Positions 30,234 through 40,412 of a stretch of 64,000 nucleotides of DNA are shown here, in pieces. The translations under genes were made by a program, and so were the position numbers. Origin of the DNA: an uncultured Clostridia bacterium (GTDB lineage: Bacteria; Bacillota; Clostridia; TANB77; CAG-508); contig CALXPP010000001.1 of the NCBI GenBank assembly GCA_944390345.1, positions 20,570-84,569 on the forward strand. Direction: 5' to 3'. The notes beneath the pieces were generated by a model. That model searched no databases. It was not told the DNA's origin and saw nothing but the letters and a program-made list of their open reading frames with translations. Within the stretch, counting starts at the first letter, position 1. The number at the start of each line of letters is the position of its first letter.

Positions 30234-30932
30234 ATGAAGATAAATATTAAGAATTTTTTGTGTGAAATTTTAATTTTAACAATGCTTTTATTTACTCTAA
30301 CAGCGTGCACGGGTGGAACAGATGAAAGTAAAATAAAAGAAAAGGCATCTTCTGAGATAGATTTTTTAGAAAGTGAAATTTTCAAAATGGCCTTAAAATA
30401 TGCTAAAGGAGAATATAATTCAGAAGATGGTTTAGATTGGGAGAGCATATATGATGAAAGTGAAATATTAAATGAATCTTGGAGTACAGTGGTACTGGAT
30501 TTATCTAAATTAAATATTCCAGAAGAACAAATAAATGGACTCGGACAAGATGTTGCAAATTTAGTAATATCTATTAGTGCGCAAAATGAAGATGAATTAT
30601 TTACAAATTTATATAGCATTTATTCAAGACTACCTCAAATAGAGCAAGTATATTCAGATGATACAATTAGTAAAAGTAAAAGAGAACTAAAGAGAACAGT
30701 ATTTTTAGCATATGTGTATGCAGAAAATGAGAACTATGAAGCAAGCAAAAACGAAATTCAAAATGCAAGTAATAGATATAATGAAATGATGAAAGATACA
30801 AATTATATTAAAAACAGCAGTTACAATTTAAATAAAATATTAGTAGAAATAGAAGAACTAAAATCTGCTATAAACTTAGAAAACATTGCTTTAATAAGGA
30901 TAAGATTTGTTAATTTTATAGAAGAATTGTAA
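30234..30932 (+). CDS. putative lipoprotein
   Basis: Signal peptide ending in lipobox LTAC; AAGGAG RBS. Confidence 0.65.
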   Translation: MKINIKNFLCEILILTMLLFTLTACTGGTDESKIKEKASSEIDFLESEIFKMALKYAKGEYNSEDGLDWESIYDESEILNESWSTVVLDLSKLNIPEEQINGLGQDVANLVISISAQNEDELFTNLYSIYSRLPQIEQVYSDDTISKSKRELKRTVFLAYVYAENENYEASKNEIQNASNRYNEMMKDTNYIKNSSYNLNKILVEIEELKSAINLENIALIRIRFVNFIEEL

Positions 30933-31150
30933 AAATATTACAATTTTGTAATAAATAAAACTTAAGTATTGCAAATCTACTGAATAAAGTATATACTGAA
31001 AACGGTAGATATCAAAAACAGGAGATAAAAGTTAAATTTATTATAGGTGGTTGTTCCCTATAATAAGATTTCTTTAAATGTTTTATTTCTATTTTTTACC
31101 AAAGCTTACTAAAAAGTAAAATAAGAACAAAATAAACAAAGGAGGAAAAT

Positions 31151-33994
31151 ATGAAGGGCAAAAAAATAGTAAGAAGAGAAAATAAAGTAATGCCAAAATC
31201 TGAAAAAGCATTTAGCTTAAAGAGAAGCTTAAATTCAGGTGCAGGCATTACTTTAATTGCTTTAGTAATAACAATAATAGTAATGCTGATACTCGCAGGA
31301 ATAAGTTTAAATGCAGTAATAGGTGATAATGGAATAATAACACAAGCACAAAATGCAACATATATGCAAAGTGTAGCTGTATTAGAAGAATATTTAAATA
31401 GCTATTATGTAGAACATTATGAAGAAATAGAATCAATAGAAAATGAAAATAAAGCGGAAGTATTAGCAAGTCTATCTGAGTCTGGAAATTGGTTCTATAA
31501 AACAGCAATAGGATATGTAGTAGATGAAAATGGAAAAGCACATTATTTTTTAAAGATAGATAAAATGCCAGAGGAAATAAAGAGCCAGATAAAAGGCGGA
31601 AGTTCAGAAGGAAAAACCTTAGCAGATTATAAGAAATGTATAGATGTATATGGGGTAACAAAAGACTTAAAAGTATATTATTGTAGTGGAGGAACAGATA
31701 CAATAATAGGAGAGAGCTATGAACAGATAGCAGAAGATAATCCATTAAGAGAGGTATTTCCAGCAGGAAGTACTTGGAGTAAATTGATAAAAGGAAATGA
31801 TACAGAAAATGTAACAGCAGCAGAAATGAAAAGCATAAGAGATTTAACAATAGATGAAAACTCAGGAATAACAAGTTTAAGTGAATTATATAATTTTACA
31901 TCTTTAAAAAATTTAACAATAAATAATGTAAATATGGCAAGCCTAGATGGAATAGAAAATGCGACACAATTGCAATATGTATATTTAAAGAATAGTACAA
32001 TAGGAGACTATAAAGGAATATCAAAACTAAGTAGATTAACATATTTATATATGGAGAGAAATGGAAATACAGAGGAAGCAGATAATGGAGAAGTAGATAA
32101 ATTATTTACAGGACTAGAGGGAGCAAATTTAAGTAATTTGCAATATTTTGGAATATTTGGGGTGGACCAGAGGAATTATTATTATGGTTGGAACAATTCT
32201 TATTCAACAGATTCAAATAATGTAACAGATATATCGGGTTTTAGTAAATTAGGAGAAGGAACAAAGAAAGCAATAAGATATTTGTATTTAAATAATAATA
32301 GAATAACAGATTTGAGTTGTATAGCAGAATGTAGCAATGTGGAATTATTAAGATTAGAAGGAAATCTAGAAACGACATTAAATTATATAGCAGCTATGAA
32401 TAAACTAGTAAATTTAACAGTAGCAAATATGAAATTAAACGATATAAATGTATTTGCAAGTAATAGCTTTTCAAGATTAGAATATTTAAATTTAAGAGAT
32501 AATAAAGAAATAGAAGATTGTAGCTCTTTGAAAAATATTAATAGTTTAGAGAGTTTATATTTAGTAGGATGTTCAAATTTAGATGTAGTAAAAGTAGAGG
32601 AAATAGCAGATTTTTATAATGCAATTCTTATTAAAAATATAGATTCAAAATATACAGATTATTTACAAGGAAGTACAAAAAGAGTATATGATAATAAGAA
32701 TTTAACAGATACATCAGAGCAAATATTGGCACTAAAAAATATGAGTGTAGAAAATAAACTGAAGATAAAACAAATATCATTGGTAAATAATTCGCAATTA
32801 ACAGATAATTGTTTAAATGAAATACTAGGAAGTGGATTTACAAATTTAATATCTTTAGATTTAACAGGATGTTCAAATTTAACAAATCTAGATTTTTTAG
32901 AAGGCTTACCGAATTTAGAAGAATTACTAATAAATAGTACAGGAATAACAGGAGTAGAAGTATCAGAGATAGATGCTCACTGTTCAAAAATATATTGTTT
33001 TCAAGCAAATACAGCTATAGATTTAACAAAGATGCAGAAAACAATTTCTACCTGCACAACTTCTTCAAGTAATATAGCATATAAAAAATATGTTAATGGA
33101 GGATTAAAAATTAGTAGTGATTTGGTACCACAGCTTTCAAATTGTACAGAAATAACATATTTAAATACTTATGAAATTGGAAATTATAGTGGAACAGTAG
33201 ATTTATCAAATTGTAAAAAATTGACAGGTTGTAACTTTTATGAATCAACAAATACTAAATTTATATTACCTAGTACAGTAACTTCATTTGGAAGTCAAGG
33301 TTCAAAGTTACCAGATTTATCAAATTGTATAAATACTATAATATCTATAAATTGTAATTTTCTGAATTATTATACAACAAGTGAAGATTTTACAGAAATG
33401 TGTAAACAATTAGCAAATAGTACATCATTAATTTCAATAGAATGTACACCTAGAGTAGATTTTGATTTTAGTGGACTAAAATATTTAAGTGGAAGTAATA
33501 TTAATACAATTGCTATTACAAGAAATGGTACTTGGTTTGGAACATTTACAAAAATAAAAGATTTAGACTTAAGAAAACCATCAGACTATATAGAAGGCAC
33601 ACCACATTTTAATAATTTAAAGAGTTTAGCTTTAGAATATACAACAATAGAAAGTATGGAAAACTTTAAAGATTGTACAGCATTAGAATATATAAGAATC
33701 ACAAATAGTACTATAAACGATATATCAGCATTAGCAAATATGCCAAATTTAAAAACTATAAACTTTTCAAATAATAATATAGTAAATTTGGAGCCTATAC
33801 AAAGTTTAAACAATTTATCTACTTTAAATTTAACAAATAATAGCATTTACAACACCTATATAAATATAGATAATTTATCAATACTATCAAATTTAAATAA
33901 AAATCATTCATTAAAAACCTTATATTTAAATGGAAACAATATAGATGATTATAGCCAGTTAGATGGATTAAGCTGGTCAGCAAAAGATTGGTAA
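31151..33994 (+). CDS. modular type IV pilin-like leucine-rich-repeat protein (cassette 2; single uninterrupted frame)
   Basis: ...SGAGITLIALVITIIVMLILAGISLNAVIGDNGIITQAQNATYMQSVAVLEEY... then LRR units; junction Gly is an in-frame GGT (31322-31324); AGGAGGA RBS. Confidence 0.85.
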   Translation: MKGKKIVRRENKVMPKSEKAFSLKRSLNSGAGITLIALVITIIVMLILAGISLNAVIGDNGIITQAQNATYMQSVAVLEEYLNSYYVEHYEEIESIENENKAEVLASLSESGNWFYKTAIGYVVDENGKAHYFLKIDKMPEEIKSQIKGGSSEGKTLADYKKCIDVYGVTKDLKVYYCSGGTDTIIGESYEQIAEDNPLREVFPAGSTWSKLIKGNDTENVTAAEMKSIRDLTIDENSGITSLSELYNFTSLKNLTINNVNMASLDGIENATQLQYVYLKNSTIGDYKGISKLSRLTYLYMERNGNTEEADNGEVDKLFTGLEGANLSNLQYFGIFGVDQRNYYYGWNNSYSTDSNNVTDISGFSKLGEGTKKAIRYLYLNNNRITDLSCIAECSNVELLRLEGNLETTLNYIAAMNKLVNLTVANMKLNDINVFASNSFSRLEYLNLRDNKEIEDCSSLKNINSLESLYLVGCSNLDVVKVEEIADFYNAILIKNIDSKYTDYLQGSTKRVYDNKNLTDTSEQILALKNMSVENKLKIKQISLVNNSQLTDNCLNEILGSGFTNLISLDLTGCSNLTNLDFLEGLPNLEELLINSTGITGVEVSEIDAHCSKIYCFQANTAIDLTKMQKTISTCTTSSSNIAYKKYVNGGLKISSDLVPQLSNCTEITYLNTYEIGNYSGTVDLSNCKKLTGCNFYESTNTKFILPSTVTSFGSQGSKLPDLSNCINTIISINCNFLNYYTTSEDFTEMCKQLANSTSLISIECTPRVDFDFSGLKYLSGSNINTIAITRNGTWFGTFTKIKDLDLRKPSDYIEGTPHFNNLKSLALEYTTIESMENFKDCTALEYIRITNSTINDISALANMPNLKTINFSNNNIVNLEPIQSLNNLSTLNLTNNSIYNTYINIDNLSILSNLNKNHSLKTLYLNGNNIDDYSQLDGLSWSAKDW

Positions 33995-34008
33995 AATAGG
34001 AGGAGAAT

Positions 34009-34263
34009 ATGAATAATAAGAAATTTATAATATTACTAATAGTTATAGTATTGATAATAGTAGGTATAGTTGTAATTAATATAAACAATAATAAAAATGA
34101 ATCAGATAGTAATGCAGGAGAAGGAAATGTAGTAAAGAATGAAGAAACAGAGATGTATGAAGTATACGATGCAAATGGAAAATTAGTAACCACCTTAGAA
34201 GATGAAAGTATGAAAGAAATATATGAGAGTAATCCATATTTTGATCCAGATCCTACAAATTAA
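34009..34263 (+). CDS. 84-aa single-pass membrane protein, cassette partner (NPYFDPDP motif)
   Basis: AGGAGGAG RBS; identical to 38817..39071. Confidence 0.75.
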   Translation: MNNKKFIILLIVIVLIIVGIVVININNNKNESDSNAGEGNVVKNEETEMYEVYDANGKLVTTLEDESMKEIYESNPYFDPDPTN

Positions 34264-34497
34264 TAAAAAAACAACAAAAGCATTAAGTTTACAGTATAGT
34301 AAGCTTAGTGCTTTTTTAATGAAAATATTTTAAAAATTTTCTAAATTTAAAGTAAATTCTATAAATTCCTTGACTTTTCTATTTTACCTTGTTATTATAA
34401 ATACAGTTTTATTTAATCTAATTTATTTATTAAATTTTTATCAATTAGATAATTCATCTAAAATTTCCCCAAATTTAAAATTTTATAAAGTTAGGAA

Positions 34498-35391
34498 GTG
34501 ATGTGTATAAAAAATAAAAATATTGATGAATTTATGGTTCCCACTAACGATTATATTTTTAAGCGTATTTTTGGTTATGTAGGCAATGAAAATATCACTA
34601 AGAACTTACTTGAATCTATTTTAAAAATTAAAATTAATTCTGTTTCTTTAGATGGCAATACTATTTTAGAAAAAGATTTAGCAAGTGATAAAATCGGTAT
34701 ATTAGATGTTAAAGCTATTTTAGAAAATAAAATTCCTTGCGATATTGAAATTCAAGTAGTTCCTTTTGATAATATTACTAAAAGACTACTCTTTTATTGG
34801 TCAAAGTTATATCTAAAAACTATTAATTCTGGTGATTCTTATGATAATCTGCAAAAAGCAATAGTAATTTTAATTGCAGATTTTGATTTCAAAAAAATAG
34901 ATAATCTAAAAAATATCAATGATTACCACACAAAATGGCAGATTACTGCAGATAGTTCTACGAAACATATATTAACAGATGCTTTTGAAATACATACGAT
35001 TTCATTAAAACTAGTAGAAAAATACTTTAAAAAGAGTTATAATAAAGATGATAAGAATTTAATAAGATGGCTAAAATTTATAAAAGAGCCAGAATTATTG
35101 GAGGAAATAGATATGGAGAATGTTAATATAAAAGAAGCTAAAGAGCAATTGGATGAGCTAAAGAAAAGCAAATATGAGCAAGAACTTGCAGAATACAGGA
35201 TGAAAGAAATAAGAGAAAAAAAAGAAATTGAAAGCTATGGATTCAATAAGGGAAAAGAAGAAGGAAAAAAAGAAGGAAAAAAAGAAAAACAAATTGAAAT
35301 TGCAAAAAAGATGCTAAAAGAAAATATGGACATAAATTTAATTTCAAAATTAACTAGTTTGACAGAGAATGAAATAAGAAAACTAAATTAA
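34498..35391 (+). CDS. Rpn-family PD-(D/E)XK recombination-promoting nuclease / putative transposase (intact copy)
   Basis: PTNDYIFKRIFGYVGNENITKNLLESIL ... ILDVKA ... DIEIQV N-terminal nuclease-core pattern typical of Transposase_31/Rpn proteins. Confidence 0.8.
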   Translation: MMCIKNKNIDEFMVPTNDYIFKRIFGYVGNENITKNLLESILKIKINSVSLDGNTILEKDLASDKIGILDVKAILENKIPCDIEIQVVPFDNITKRLLFYWSKLYLKTINSGDSYDNLQKAIVILIADFDFKKIDNLKNINDYHTKWQITADSSTKHILTDAFEIHTISLKLVEKYFKKSYNKDDKNLIRWLKFIKEPELLEEIDMENVNIKEAKEQLDELKKSKYEQELAEYRMKEIREKKEIESYGFNKGKEEGKKEGKKEKQIEIAKKMLKENMDINLISKLTSLTENEIRKLN

Positions 35392-35579
35392 TTTAAAAAA
35401 TTTTTATATTAAATAAATTAGACAAATAAAATTAAAAGCATTAAGTTTGCCATATGGTAAACCTAATGCTTTATTTTTTATACTATAAATTTAATTTGTT
35501 TCTAATTTTTTGAAATTTTCCAAAATTTATTAAAAATATAACTTTAATTCATTTACTTAAGGTTTTTAAAATCTAATGA

Positions 35580-36016
35580 AATTCTAACATTATAAATGTT
35601 TTTAGTCAATACAAAAGAAAAAATAATTTTATTAAATTTATATAGAAAAATTCATTAAAGTGTTGATAATAAAGCTTTTCTATAAGATAAATATTTTCCT
35701 TAAGTAAATGACTTAAGGAATAATCCATAAAATAAAATACAAAGAGGAAGTCTAATGATAGTAGATATTTTAAGCAGAAATTTAAGGAAATATAAAGGAT
35801 AGCACTATATTTTATAGTGCTATTTGTGTTGCTTAAAATATACAAGAAACTTAAAATGGTTTTCTTTTAAGAAACAAAAGTGGCTATTGGAATCTTTCCA
35901 AATTTCTAAATAAAAATTTAGAAAAGTTGCATTTGTTTTTATGGATTGAGGAGAAAAGAGAAAGCAAAAACTTTTTCTTTTCTCTAACTAAAATAAAAAC
36001 TTAGGAGGAAAGCAAA
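35580..36016 (+). promoter_or_regulatory. conserved structured leader upstream of LRR cassette 3; inverted repeats 35722-35742 / 35927-35947
   Basis: Alignable with 3661-4098; same IR sequences; equivalent hairpins. Confidence 0.6.
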
Positions 36017-38802
36017 ATGAACGAAAGAAAGCCATATTATGAAAAGAAACGGAATAACATTAATAGCTTTAGTAATATCAATAATAGTAATGCTAATACT
36101 AGCAGGAGTAAGTTTAAATGCAGTTATCCGGAGACAATGGAATAATTACTCAAGCACAAAATGCAACATATATGCAAAGTGTTGCTGTTTTAGAAGAATA
36201 TTTAAATAGCTATTATGTAGAACATTATGAAGAAATAGAATCAATAGAAACAGAAAATAAAGCGGAAGTATTAGCAAGTTTATCTGAGTCTGGAAATTGG
36301 TTCTATAAAACAGCAATAGGTTATTTGGTAGATGAAAATGGAAAAGCACATTATTTTTTAAAGATAGATCAAATGCCAGATGAAATAAAGAGCCAAATAA
36401 AAGGTGGAAGCTCAGAAGGAAAAACTTTAGCAGATTATAAGAAATGTATAGATGTATATGGTGTAACAAAAGACTTAAAAGTGTATTATTGCTCAAATGG
36501 AACAGATACAATAATAGGTGAAAGTTATGAGCAAATAACAGAGGATAATCCATTAAGAGAAGTATTTCCAGCAGGAAGTACATGGAGTAAATTAATAAAG
36601 GGAAATGAAACAGAAAATGTAACAGCAGCAGAAATGAAAAGTATAAGAGATTTAACAATAGACGAAAATTCAGGAATAACAAATTTAAGTGAATTATATA
36701 ATTTTACATCTTTAAAAAATTTAACAATAAATAATGTAAATATGGCAAGCTTAGATGGAATAGAAAATGCGACACAATTACAATATGTATATTTAAAGAA
36801 TAGTACAATAGGAGACTATAAAGGAATATCAAAACTAAGTAGATTAACATATTTATATATGGAGAGAAATGGAAATACAGAGGAAGCAGATAATGGAGAA
36901 GTAGATAAATTATTTACAGGACTAGAAGGAGCAAATTTAAGTAATCTACAATATTTTGGAATATTTGGAGTAGATCAGAGGGAGTATTATTATTCTGAAG
37001 GTAGTGATAATTATTCAGGGGGAACGAGCAGCATAACAAATATATCTGGGTTTAGTAAATTAGGAGAAGAAACAAAAAAAGCAATAAGATATATATATTT
37101 AAATAATAATAAAGTATCAGATTTGAGCTTTATAGCAGAATGTAGTAATGTAGAAGTATTAAGATTAGAAGGAAATCAAGAGACAACATTAAATTATATA
37201 AGAAATATGAGTAAACTAATATATTTAACAGCAGCAAATATGAAATTAAATGATATAAATATATTTACAAGTAATAGTTTTTCAAGATTAGATTATTTAA
37301 ATTTGAAAGATAATACAGAGTTAGAAGATTGTAGTTCTTTAAATAATCTTAATAGTCTAACAAAATTATTCTTAGCAGGATGTTCAAATTTAGATGTAGT
37401 AAAAGTAGAAGAGATAGCAGACTTTTATAATTCAATGAGTAGAAAAAATATAGATTCAAAATATACAGATTATTTACAAGGAAGTACAAAAAGAGTATAT
37501 GATAATAAGAATTTAACAGATACATCTGAGCAAATATTAGCACTAAAAAATATGAGTGTAGAGGATAAACTAAAGATAAAACAAATATCATTTATAAATA
37601 ACTCACAATTAACAGATAATTGCTTAAATGAAATACTAGGAAGTGGATTTACAAATGTAGTTTCATTAGATTTAACGGGATGTTCAAATTTAACCAATCT
37701 AGATTTCCTAGAAGGGTTACCAAATTTGGTTGAGTTATTAATAAATGATACAGGAGTAGTAGGTAATGAAGTTTCAAAAATAGATAGTTATTGTACAAAA
37801 ATAGTGTGTGTTCAGATAAATACAGCTGTTGATTTAACAAAGATGCAGAAAGCTATTTCAAGATGTGCTACTTCAAATCCAGAGAAGACATATACTAAAA
37901 ATTATAGTGGAGGATTAATAATAAGTGGAAGCTTAGTTCCGCAGCTTGCAAATTGTACAGATATAACTTATTTGAATACTTTAGGTATTGGATATTATGA
38001 AGGAACGGTAGATTTATCAAATTGTAAAAAGATGACAAGATGTGGCTTGTATGCAAATATTACTAAATTTATACTTCCAAGTAGTGTAACTTCAGTAATT
38101 AATCAATCAGGAAAAATACCAGATTTATCAAATTGTATAAATACTATACAAACTATATCTTTTAATCAAATGAATGGTTATACAACAAGTGAAGATTTTA
38201 CAAATATGTGTAAGCAATTAGCAAATAGTACTTCATTACAAACTATGAGTCTTACACCTGCTACAGATTTTGATTTTAGTGGATTAGAATATTTAAGTGA
38301 AAGTAATATAAAAACGATAAATATTGCAAGAAATTCTGCTTGGTTTGAAACATTTACAAATATGAAAAATGTAGATTTAAGAAAACCATCAGACTATATA
38401 GAAGGCACACCACATTTTAATAATTTAAAGAATTTAACTTTAGAATATACAACAATTGTAAGTATGGAAAATTATAAAGACTGCACAGCATTAGAAAATA
38501 TAAGTATCACAAATAGTACTATAAATGATATATCAGCATTAGCAAATATGCCAAATTTAAAAACTATAAACTTTTCAAGTAACAATATAGTAAATTTGCA
38601 GCCTTTACAAAGTTTAAACAATTTATCTAGCTTAAATTTAAGCAATAATAGCATTTACAACACATATTTAAATATAGATAATTTATCAATACTATCAAAT
38701 TTAAATAAAAACCATTCATTAAAAACTTTATATCTGAAAGGAAACAATATAGATGATTATAGCCAGTTAGATGGATTAAGCTGGTCAGCAAAAGATTGGT
38801 AA
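36017..38802 (+). CDS. modular type IV pilin-like leucine-rich-repeat protein (cassette 3); two +1 shifts at CGG 36050-36052 and 36129-36131
   Basis: MNERKPYYEKK / GITLIALVISIIVMLILAGVSLNAVI / GDNGIITQAQ... An alternative start ATG 36040 gives MKRNGITLIALV and would need only the second shift. The body is close to cassette 2. Confidence 0.75.
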
Positions 38803-38816
38803 AATAGGAGGAGAAT

Positions 38817-39071
38817 ATGAATAATAAGAAATTTATAATATTACTAATAGTTATAGTATTGATAATAGTAGGTATAGTTGTAATTAATATAAACAATAAT
38901 AAAAATGAATCAGATAGTAATGCAGGAGAAGGAAATGTAGTAAAGAATGAAGAAACAGAGATGTATGAAGTATACGATGCAAATGGAAAATTAGTAACCA
39001 CCTTAGAAGATGAAAGTATGAAAGAAATATATGAGAGTAATCCATATTTTGATCCAGATCCTACAAATTAA
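38817..39071 (+). CDS. 84-aa single-pass membrane protein, cassette partner
   Basis: Identical to 34009..34263. Confidence 0.75.
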   Translation: MNNKKFIILLIVIVLIIVGIVVININNNKNESDSNAGEGNVVKNEETEMYEVYDANGKLVTTLEDESMKEIYESNPYFDPDPTN

Positions 39072-39181
39072 TAAAAAGCTTTAAATAATATTGAAGTGGT
39101 AGATTGTAAAGTTTATATAAATTTTAAAAATAATAAAAGTCATCATTCCTAGCTCACTTGGAAAAGATGACTTTTTGTAAT

Positions 39182-39607
39182 TTATAGAAATTTCTTTAAT
39201 CTCTCAATGTTATTTTCTTGCAAACGAATAAATCCATCTAAGATATTTTTAACTTCTTGAGTAGCTTGTGGATTTTGATTTAAAAGTTTAACGCCTTTAA
39301 TAATGCCCATATCATTTCCTTGTATTAATAGCTCAGAAATTTGTGAATTACTTTTATCTTTTATAGTATTCATTTGTATTCCCATCCAACTCATCATTTT
39401 TGTATTTAATTCTACATCATCTGGAATTTTTCCAGCCTCTTCAAATTTTGCATCTACTTTATCTAAAGAATCACGATATCTATTATATTGAAAGCTAAGT
39501 TCATCTTTAAAATTTGGTTCAGATACTTTTTCTGAAACATCTTCTATTGCAGTCATCCCCATAGTAATACCTTTATGAAGTTCATTTAAAATTGTTAAAT
39601 CATCCAT
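39182..39607 (-). CDS. hypothetical helical-bundle protein (141 aa)
   Basis: Clean minus-strand ORF with AGGAA RBS; all-helical looking; family not recognised with confidence. Confidence 0.5.
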   Translation of the reverse strand: MDDLTILNELHKGITMGMTAIEDVSEKVSEPNFKDELSFQYNRYRDSLDKVDAKFEEAGKIPDDVELNTKMMSWMGIQMNTIKDKSNSQISELLIQGNDMGIIKGVKLLNQNPQATQEVKNILDGFIRLQENNIERLKKFL

Positions 39608-39784
39608 AATCTAAATTCCTTTCTAATTAAATTTTTAATTCTTCTTTTTTATTATGTACAAATATGAAAAATATATTAAGGATATTAATGAAAATTAATA
39701 TTTTTCCTATTGAAAAAAATTGAATAAAAATATATACTAAAAAAAATACAAAAATTGAAATAATACCAAAAATACTAAAATTAA

Positions 39785-40396
39785 ATGGAGAATAAAATGT
39801 TTGAAATAATTCAAAATATAGATAATTTTATAATGAGCAAAATACCACTTTTATATGATAATACTTTAAATACAATGATGCTAATTACAACAAATTTAAT
39901 TTCTTTTGAATTTGTATGTGTTTTATTTATAGCACTTTTACTTATTGCACAAAATAAAAAAGATATTTCATATTTAATTACAGGAAGTGCAATTACTGTG
40001 TTAATTAATATGATAATTAAGAATATTGTACAAAGACCTAGACCAGAGGGAATAAAACTAACTATGGAAACAGGTTATAGTTTTCCAAGTGCACACGCTA
40101 TGCTTTCTGTTTTTGTATATGGCTTTATAATATTTTTATTAAGTAAACAAAAAGACAACAAAAGTGCTAAACTACTTAGTATTGCACTAGGTGTGCTTAT
40201 ATTGTGGATAAGTTTTACAAGAATTTATTTAGGTGTGCATTATTTGTCAGATGTAATTATAGGAGCTATATGTGGAGGAATTTGTTTAATTTTGTATATA
40301 AAATTTGTATATAAAAAGAATTTATTTAAACCAATTTTTGAGAAATATAAACAAAGACAGCAGAAAAAATCTCCAAAGAAAACATCAGAAAAGTAA
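39785..40396 (+). CDS. PAP2-family phosphatase (BcrC/undecaprenyl-diphosphatase-like)
   Basis: KNIVQRPRP, SFPSAHA, RIYLGVHYLSDV = the three PAP2 motifs; multi-TM. Confidence 0.8.
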   Translation: MENKMFEIIQNIDNFIMSKIPLLYDNTLNTMMLITTNLISFEFVCVLFIALLLIAQNKKDISYLITGSAITVLINMIIKNIVQRPRPEGIKLTMETGYSFPSAHAMLSVFVYGFIIFLLSKQKDNKSAKLLSIALGVLILWISFTRIYLGVHYLSDVIIGAICGGICLILYIKFVYKKNLFKPIFEKYKQRQQKKSPKKTSEK

Positions 40397-40412
40397 AAGG
40401 AGTAAAAGTTAA

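Noticed and set aside
31248-31874. 208-aa minus-strand ORF antisense to LRR2. The same applies to 36146-36682, 33819-34193, 38627-39001, 7929-8297 and most other minus-strand track ORFs nested in + strand genes
   Set aside because: They are L/F/H/Y-rich low-complexity translations with no RBS, lying entirely inside well-supported genes on the opposite strand. Long antisense ORFs are expected in AT-rich DNA with few stop codons in that frame.
36118-36141. Track start codons of the downstream halves treated as independent genes: MQLSGDNG at 36118, MRLLDLKF at 46201, MRTHPITG at 50079, MQHGEDD at 50577, MVPKK at 21909, and TTG at 3349 on the minus strand
   Set aside because: None has a Shine-Dalgarno sequence. 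Each encodes the colinear continuation of the upstream ORF's protein family, so they are frame-shifted continuations rather than separate genes.
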